From Hormiphora californensis (Eukaryota; Animalia; Ctenophora), in NCBI GenBank assembly GCA_020137815.1, contig CM035350.1:2852001-2916000 (forward strand): a stretch of 64,000 bases of DNA, given 5' to 3'. Every line of letters starts with the position of its first letter. Position 1 is the first letter of the stretch. This document shows positions 50,764-64,000 of this stretch, piece by piece. Position numbers and translations under genes: made by a program. Under the pieces are notes generated by a model. It saw only the letters and a list, made by a program, of their open reading frames with translations. It ran no database searches and was not told the origin of the DNA.

Positions 50764-52414
50764 TGTGACCCACCTCTGTGAAATGAACATTTGTAATGAT
50801 AGTTTTGTACACACACCATCTCTCTCCCAATCAATTAGAGCCCATTTAGTGATATGTTTGGGGCGTGTGTTTGAAAGACGCAACCATGATATTTTCTCAC
50901 CCATGAAGAGCGATTTTTGCGAATTTCCGAGCAATTTATACACACCCTCTCTTTCCACCCTTTAGCTGTACACTATTTGTCTAGAGCGTTGTTTTAAGTA
51001 CATATATTCATGTTTGTGTGTCTGTGTGTTCGATTTTACTCATTTTCCGAGACGCAGGAAGGAAGAGTGTGTCTTTTTTTCTACTACCACCAATATATGA
51101 TATTGCTATCTCATACGATGATAGTATTATGGCGTTGTTCGTGCGTGTTTTGTTTTCAAAGAGGAAATCGGTGCTTGTCCGTGATTTGGGATGTTAATTC
51201 AAGAAAGAAAAACGCTTGTCTTTACGTATATTACCGACACACTAAATTGCACCGACACACACCGCAAGACAGGGAAGAGGGGAACGGGCTGTGTACAGAG
51301 CGGGACAATTCTGCAACATTCACCACTCGACTAGCTCGCGCGGTCTCATCGGTGTGCCAAATCCAGTTGTGTGGCATTCACTTGGTGCGCGGCTCATTTT
51401 CTCCGCCGCGCAGACCGGAATTTGCTTGAAAGTACAGTTTCTCCGATGCTGAAAGTACCTGGCACTTCCGTCTCCATTCTATTATCATGATTTAATATGC
51501 ACTGCTCACAACGTTACCTGATCTGATGCTGCCAGGAACAACATGTCTGGACTGGCCGATGTGAGAGCCTACAGACTGGGAACATGTCAAGTCTGGTGGC
51601 GACGACCCGATCTAATTCTTAACGCTCTGTTGAGTCTCAAAACGGGGTCCGGCGCCGCCAGACGCCCAGTTGTTACACAGGCACCCTGACCCAAAGATAG
51701 CGCTTTAGTGACTCGATCATTCCATACTGCTTTCAAATGCGTTGACATTTGTGTACTTTCTTTTGACAACACGTCTTCGCGCGCAACGCGATGTATTCTG
51801 AATATTTGAGTCTGGTTGCAACTGTTCATGTGTCACGGACGCCGTTCCTGTGCTTGAGCCGGGTTTGGTTTCCGTCTGATTTCAGACAGTTCTGTCTGAA
51901 CTCCATCTAATCGGGTACTGTCTGAACTCCGTCTAAACGGGTAGAGACCGTTTCAGAGTTCAGACGACAGACGTCCCATTGCATCTAAACGGGCTTCAGA
52001 CGCACGTCTCAAGTCCATCTGCCTCCGTCTAGATTGCCATGCTACGCAGTGATCTGTCCATTCGGCACCCCCCCCCCTCAAGGGGAGCGGTTAAACAGGG
52101 TCGAGCAAGGCCCTCCATCGTAGTTGAGTAACAACTCCATCATAGTTCCTCCAGGAGGAACTGCATTTTCACAGCTAGGGGAATTTCCTCCTAGATGTAA
52201 TGATTTAATGTAGCTGTACACTCAATACTCATTGAAATTCATGGAGTATCGGATGTTAATTATTCACCAAGCCCGGCCGGGATCATCTCTACACGCACAA
52301 AACATTGTAGCTACATCAGTGAGTCACGTGATCTTTCTCCATGATTCGTTGTCTCTCCCTTCACCCCCCCCCCTCCCTCTCTCTCTCTATCTCTCTCTCT
52401 CTCGCTCTCTCTCT

Positions 52415-52499
<85 letters not shown>

Positions 52500-52633
52500 A
52501 TCCTCTGTATCACGTGGTTGATTTCTACCTGCTGGCCACATCGGGTAATGTGTGTTTAGTGTTCTCTACAGCTCCTCCCCTAACACACACACACTAGCCC
52601 CCTCTGTTTGCTCTCTGTCCCTCCTGTTACATA

Positions 52634-58769
<6,136 letters not shown>

Positions 58770-59004
58770 CTCTGAAACCGTACCAAAATAGTTCAGGATT
58801 AGCGCAGCAGCTCCTGAATTCGTTATGTTAGGTTTGTGAGAAGTGGTGAACTGTGTGCATGTTGTACTGTGATAAATCATAGAAAGTTTCACAGAATTAA
58901 GTTTCAGCAATGTTTGTCACGTCAATCCTATCCTAATTGTCTGACAAAGCACCCAACTGCTTTGTCAGACAACAACAAAAACATACAACAGTTGTTAACA
59001 ATAG

Positions 59005-59547
59005 TCAATCTCGCTCCGGATTCTTTCTATATTCGTCTAGAACAGGCCCACATACTTTACCTGGCTTTACAAATACCGATTTACAAGATACTGGAACAGG
59101 GTTCCATTCACCACCTTCTACGCATTTTGACGTGTTCTGGATGGTCGTATTGGGGCATGTCACTGTGATCACGTCCCCTATGTTGTATCTTGTACTATCT
59201 GGTGTAACAGTTCCGAGCGTAACCACGGGAGGTTGACAAATGTAGACTGGAAAAAGTAGAATTATTGAGTAATAGCATAGGTTATTTGGGTAGAAAATGA
59301 GATTTGAAGATTGAAAGATCAACTTACTGCAATCATTCTTTGTAAAGTTAGGCTGAAAATGTCCACTGTCCTGACAAGTAAGATTGATGCTGGCTTGTCC
59401 AGTCTGATCCACAACAGAGCCAGCAGGACAGGTCAGAGGGAATACTTGCCCAACATTCACCGTGATATTCTCAGAACCAATCATGGTACAGTGGCCAACT
59501 GGGACCTCCTCTGGTGGCTCTCGAAATGTAGAGCGGTAAATTGTGCT
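59005..59547 (-). CDS. 3' exons of a sushi/CCP-like domain protein (5' part not resolved)
   Basis: Exons about 59327-59547 and 59005-59247 give LTCPAG...LTCQDSGHF...C and CQPP...YNIGDVITVTC...CVEGGEWNP.P.C. Upstream exons could not be modelled. Confidence 0.6.
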   Translation of the reverse strand, partial: STIYRSTFREPPEEVPVGHCTMIGSENITVNVGQVFPLTCPAGSVVDQTGQASINLTCQDSGHFQPNFTKNDCSKLIFQSSNLIFYPNNLCYYSIILLFPVYICQPPVVTLGTVTPDSTRYNIGDVITVTCPNTTIQNTSKCVEGGEWNPVPVSCKSVFVKPGKVCGPVLDEYRKNPERD

Positions 59548-62500
59548 CTACAGCCCAGGTGTGAATATGTGTGAATAATGAATATGTGTGAGAGGGTATG
59601 TGTGATCGTGAGAGTGTGTTTCTATTTTAAGAGTGAGACAGTGAGTTGGGGCAGAACCACGTAGGGACCCAGGTTAATTGGCTTTAGGAGATAGTCCGAC
59701 AGTGGGAGGTTTAACTCAATAAAGCAGGCCAGCAGTTCATACTGGTGGGCGGACTTGGTTGATATAGCGACAATAGGGAGAACTATGATAGGGACAGGCT
59801 TGAGCTTCTGATGAACTCGGAAGTACCGGTCACGTGGTAGGGCGTACGCAGGTCTTCGCGGGGACGTGGTTAATTGTATCAGGACCAGGCTGATTAGTTA
59901 GAGCATCACGTGATACCTAGAGAAATGGGTATTTAGTCAGGGTTCATGGGCAAGGTCGGGGTCAGTCCGTCAGTTCTCTGTTTTATGAGACTGGAACTGG
60001 ACCTTATATCAGCTTGTAGAACATACGGTCTTGTCACAGTGTTGGAAGGGCCACACTGAGAGTACGTAGTACTCGTGCCTAAGTTTAGGGAACTTTCCTC
60101 TTCAGCTTACTTATCGGTTCACTTGGAACATGCCTACTATTTGATCAGGATTGAGTTGTGTTGGGCACAACTCACCTGTGGGTCCTTAATTAGGCCGAGA
60201 TGAATCACTCGGAGCATTATAGTTGCTTTATTCTACATTGCTACCAGCTACAGAGCTGGAGGTTGACGGGTCCTAACGTGGTATAGGAGAGATTGAGATG
60301 AGGTATGAGCGAGTGGGATCTTTATACATATGAGTGCTATGAGTGAGGCGTGAGCGCATAGTTGTATCTAACATGAGTGCAAAGTGTGTGACTTTTATGT
60401 GTGATGATTGATGATTACCATTTAGGGCAGGTATTTCCCGCCTTTGCACCATGAGCTTTGAGTTTCTATTTGACTCGGATAAACGGTATAAATATGGTCT
60501 TATCATCACCCGATCCCGCTTCATTAGATAGGTGTTTGGAGCAAGATAAGTAGTATCTTCGCTCCGTAGGTGTGTGAAGTGCATGTTGCATCCCTGAGGA
60601 ATAGGATGCACATAGAAGGCTTTTTACAGTCCGGGCCTGAGCTTTACCCACTTACAATTTGGTCCGACGAACCAGATGATTGATCAGAAGTCAGGGATGG
60701 GTCGAAAATTAAGAGCATCTCGAAGGCAGTTTACTAGAGACACAGTGCATATAGCAGGCCTTGTAACTTTGGTGACAGTAGATGAAAATAACGCTCAGCA
60801 TAGTACCTTGGGACATTTATAGAGCTACCAGGATACAGCCAATTAGTGAGAAGGTGTATACCAAAAGAGTTGTAAGAGCTGAGTAGAATCAAACAGTATT
60901 TTGTAATGGAATTGAGACCGGATTGGTTTGAATGATTCGTGGAGTTTTGCTTTTGACCAGGTTGCGATAATTATGATCCGGCAATTATTTTGTGATATTT
61001 TACGCGACGAACGTGATAAAATGTGTATTGCATTTTGGGTGAACAATCTATTAATATTGTTTGTACGGAGAGTGGGTGGCTTGCTCATTAAAATATAAGT
61101 ATAATATGGATGCCTGTTAGTAAATATTATCCACGCCCGTTAATTGAACTTATATGACGTGTTTTAGTCATGGTTAAAAATAGAGGTAAAATTCCCACTT
61201 GATATATGCACACAAAGGTGTAGCTTATTCACTCAATCATTCATAAAATATGATAGGGAGCAATTTAATGTACCTTAACAGAATGGGAAATTAAATGGCT
61301 GTGAAAATTGGACTTAATTAATATGTTAATGGGCCTAGCTATCGTTGCATGCTTAGCTTTTTATAATTCCCTACTAGTCCTTTATTTTGGCAATTTGGTG
61401 GGTTTGACGCGGTATGCGTGTATTTGCAAGTTTTGTTTATGTGACGGCCATAATTGCAAACGGGAATAAACGAAAATTAAACCGTCCAATTTTATAAGAA
61501 AAAATACACTGTATTCATCATCATTATGAAATCACAGTTTACGAACCATGGGGGGTTCTGGTGATATTGGAGAGATAATAACTAACCTCACTCCAAAATT
61601 AAAACTCATTTAGGTTAGTGTCACCACAATTGTGTGTGAGGCAGTGATCAACATACTAAGGGCAGGCTTGTGTGGGAATCATATTACACTGTCGTGCTAA
61701 CTTTGTTATTGTTGATATATGAAGGGTGGGGTGGATTCATAGTTGTGGGAATTTTTGCATCTTTGTGGTGGGCTTGGGGGTGCCTGCTTAGTTCGAAGTT
61801 ATTTTCACTTACTTATTCAAGGTTTTGTTCGCGTTCGCAGGTCAGCGGCATGGCAATATGTTTCGCCTTATTTGTGGCTTGTATAGAGTTTATTAGAGTA
61901 AGGAGGCATAACTAACAACCAGGGGAGGTGAGGTTCCTTTTCAGGTCATGAACTTTGGCTCGCGAACTGCTTTGTTTTTGGAGGTTATTGGAGGTTAGTG
62001 GAGGGATCACACGGAGGAATGGCCAAGGTCGACAGCGCTACATTTCCTGGATCGTCTGAGGAATGCATCTTTCTTTCTCTGGAATTATGTGCAGAGGAAT
62101 GGATCATTCTCTGAGGTAGTAGTAACCTAATTTACAGGAAATGCGCTCAATATTTTCAGAGATTTATTTGGGAACCTAGATGTGTTCTGATAGAAGTGTT
62201 CAAAAGAAGGCGTTCTGACGGAGGCGTTCTGAAGGAGCTGGATTGTATGCTACAAGGATAAGGAAGATGTTCTGTAGGAGGTGCAAGGATGGAGGAGAGA
62301 TAGCACGGTGATACGAGTTGGATGTGATCTCGGATACTGGAGGATAACAAGTGGGACTGTGGGAGTGGGAGGTGCATTGCTGTAATGTGTGGAACTGTTG
62401 ATAAGCTGATAAGAGGGAGGGATATTCTTCAACTTGGAACAGAAATTTTACGCGGGTATGATGCGAAGTTCTCGGTAAGTAGACAGCATGCAGTATGACG

Positions 62501-64000
62501 TACGTTTTAGGATCAATCGGCAGGTTTTGTAGGCTGTCTATTCACTCTATCATTCAGGGGGAGAATCATGTTTCAATAAATTGTATTACATTTTTGATTG
62601 TGGTAGTCGGGACACTATTTGCACAGGGGCTCGAGAGATGGAGGCCGGGCAGGTGGGGATCTGCATGTGTATAGTAGTATACAATCGAAAATCTGTTGCA
62701 TATTGAGGGCTTTATGGAAAGAGCCCGATTTAGAGAGTTTGTGAGCTCTAAATTACAGTATGGGTTATCAAATGACGAATATACGGAATTCGGGCGGTAG
62801 GGGTTTACATAATTGAGCATAGAAGGGTGGATTCAGCTAGCTTGGGTTTAGGGCAAAAGTATTTTGTATTCATAGAGCTTGTAATTCGACGGTGCATGGG
62901 GTCTTGTATGTTCACGTTTGGGGAATTGTGAAGAGCCGCATTAATACGAATGTTTTACATAGCCCTTAGCTCCAACCACACATTTATTTTCCTACTGTGA
63001 GTGCTAGTGCAACTGTCGAGGTTGAGTAATGAGTTATTTGCATATCATGTCTGAGAAAACAAGGTATTGGGTCATCAAGAGACGAGTTAGAGAATAGTAC
63101 ATGTGATTAGGGTGAAAACAATTTTGGACGGCTCAACATTCAGGCTATTTAGCCGGAGGCTAATCATACTCACAACTGACAAGTTGCAAAAGCCTAGTCT
63201 AGTGACTTCCCGAGCCTTCGAATACAAAAAGTGTTGGTTGGACAATAATGTTATTGTTATTGTATTGTCAGCAAGTTCAATCCCAAAACCTCACGTAAGG
63301 CAAACGTATAGAACTTCATAGAGCGCTAATTCTCTGTAAAAAAGTAACCTCATTGAGAAATGGCTGCCCCTGTTGGCGTGGCGTAACATTAGTCGAGTAA
63401 TTACTTGATAGTAGAGACTCATGAGTCATTCAATATTATATCTAAGTCCTTCCATTTTCCAATACATTTTTAGCTCCCATTCCATCACGTTGAGTTCTTA
63501 GTAAGAACTTCTTACCACTTTACTGCAGAAAACTGGCGGCGATGGGGAGAAATATGGAGTACCTATAGTTATACTATCGATATTATTGAGTGTACGAGAT
63601 CATGAACACACACACTGCCAGACCAATACTCTGACCAGCCGGTTCTCGAGAGAATAGGGTCATGCAAATAGTTTTCACTGTTCTAGAAATTATACGTCGT
63701 GTCCATAAATTATGGCACGGTAAGATAAAGGATCAATTTAAAGCAACTCACGCTGTTAACAGTTAACTTCTTCTTGTCACGTTTTGCCATGTTCAATGAA
63801 CAGCTATTTTAAAAATTTCACAAGACGCTTTTCGAACAATTTGCTGGTCTATCGGCATGTCCTCTAGTATAGTTTCCGTTGTTAGAACCAGGGCTTGGCT
63901 GGCAGCTGTTGAATCGCATCTAACGGTCTGGTGACATTGTTCATGTCACAGTGAGGTATCAAATTCATCTGAGCGCGAACTCCGCACTGTTCAAAAGTAG

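Noticed and set aside
51320-52135. GC-richer block with GTCTGAA/TCAGAC repeats and short ORFs
   Set aside because: Probably a decayed transposon, but no confident termini, TSD or protein motif.
59600-64000. Short ORFs and possible minus-strand exons upstream of the sushi-like exons
   Set aside because: No phase-consistent exon chain or recognisable domain could be built.

Overview
Eukaryotic (animal) DNA, most likely a cydippid ctenophore such as Pleurobrachia or Hormiphora. This is inferred from a short hAT MITE I recall from Pleurobrachia gene models, ctenophore-style GPCRs and nested gene organisation; it is not proven. Bases 1-35444 hold an almost complete, intron-rich laminin alpha-like gene on the + strand (LN-LE-L4/LF-LE-L4-LE-coiled coil) that ends after only three LG domains. 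It carries four hidden symmetric exons that insert a 138-aa non-laminin domain into an LE module. One 9.5-kb intron holds two antisense intronless GPCR genes; one is an LDLa-GPCR split at codon 20 by an RNase H-bearing LINE. Other introns hold a CR1-like LINE, Helitrons, MITEs and minisatellites. An intact L2/CR1-group LINE follows, with a candidate -1 frameshift junction. Next is a compact co-oriented cluster of nearly intronless housekeeping genes: EMC7, GRAF/ARHGAP26-like, ZNF330, gamma-SNAP with a 7xNPF tail, and CapZ alpha. Then come a 10-exon secreted C-type lectin with a prohormone-like propeptide and the 3' end of a minus-strand sushi-like gene. Several single-base frameshifts in conserved genes look like assembly errors. 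All exon models were read by hand from GT-AG sites and reading frame.
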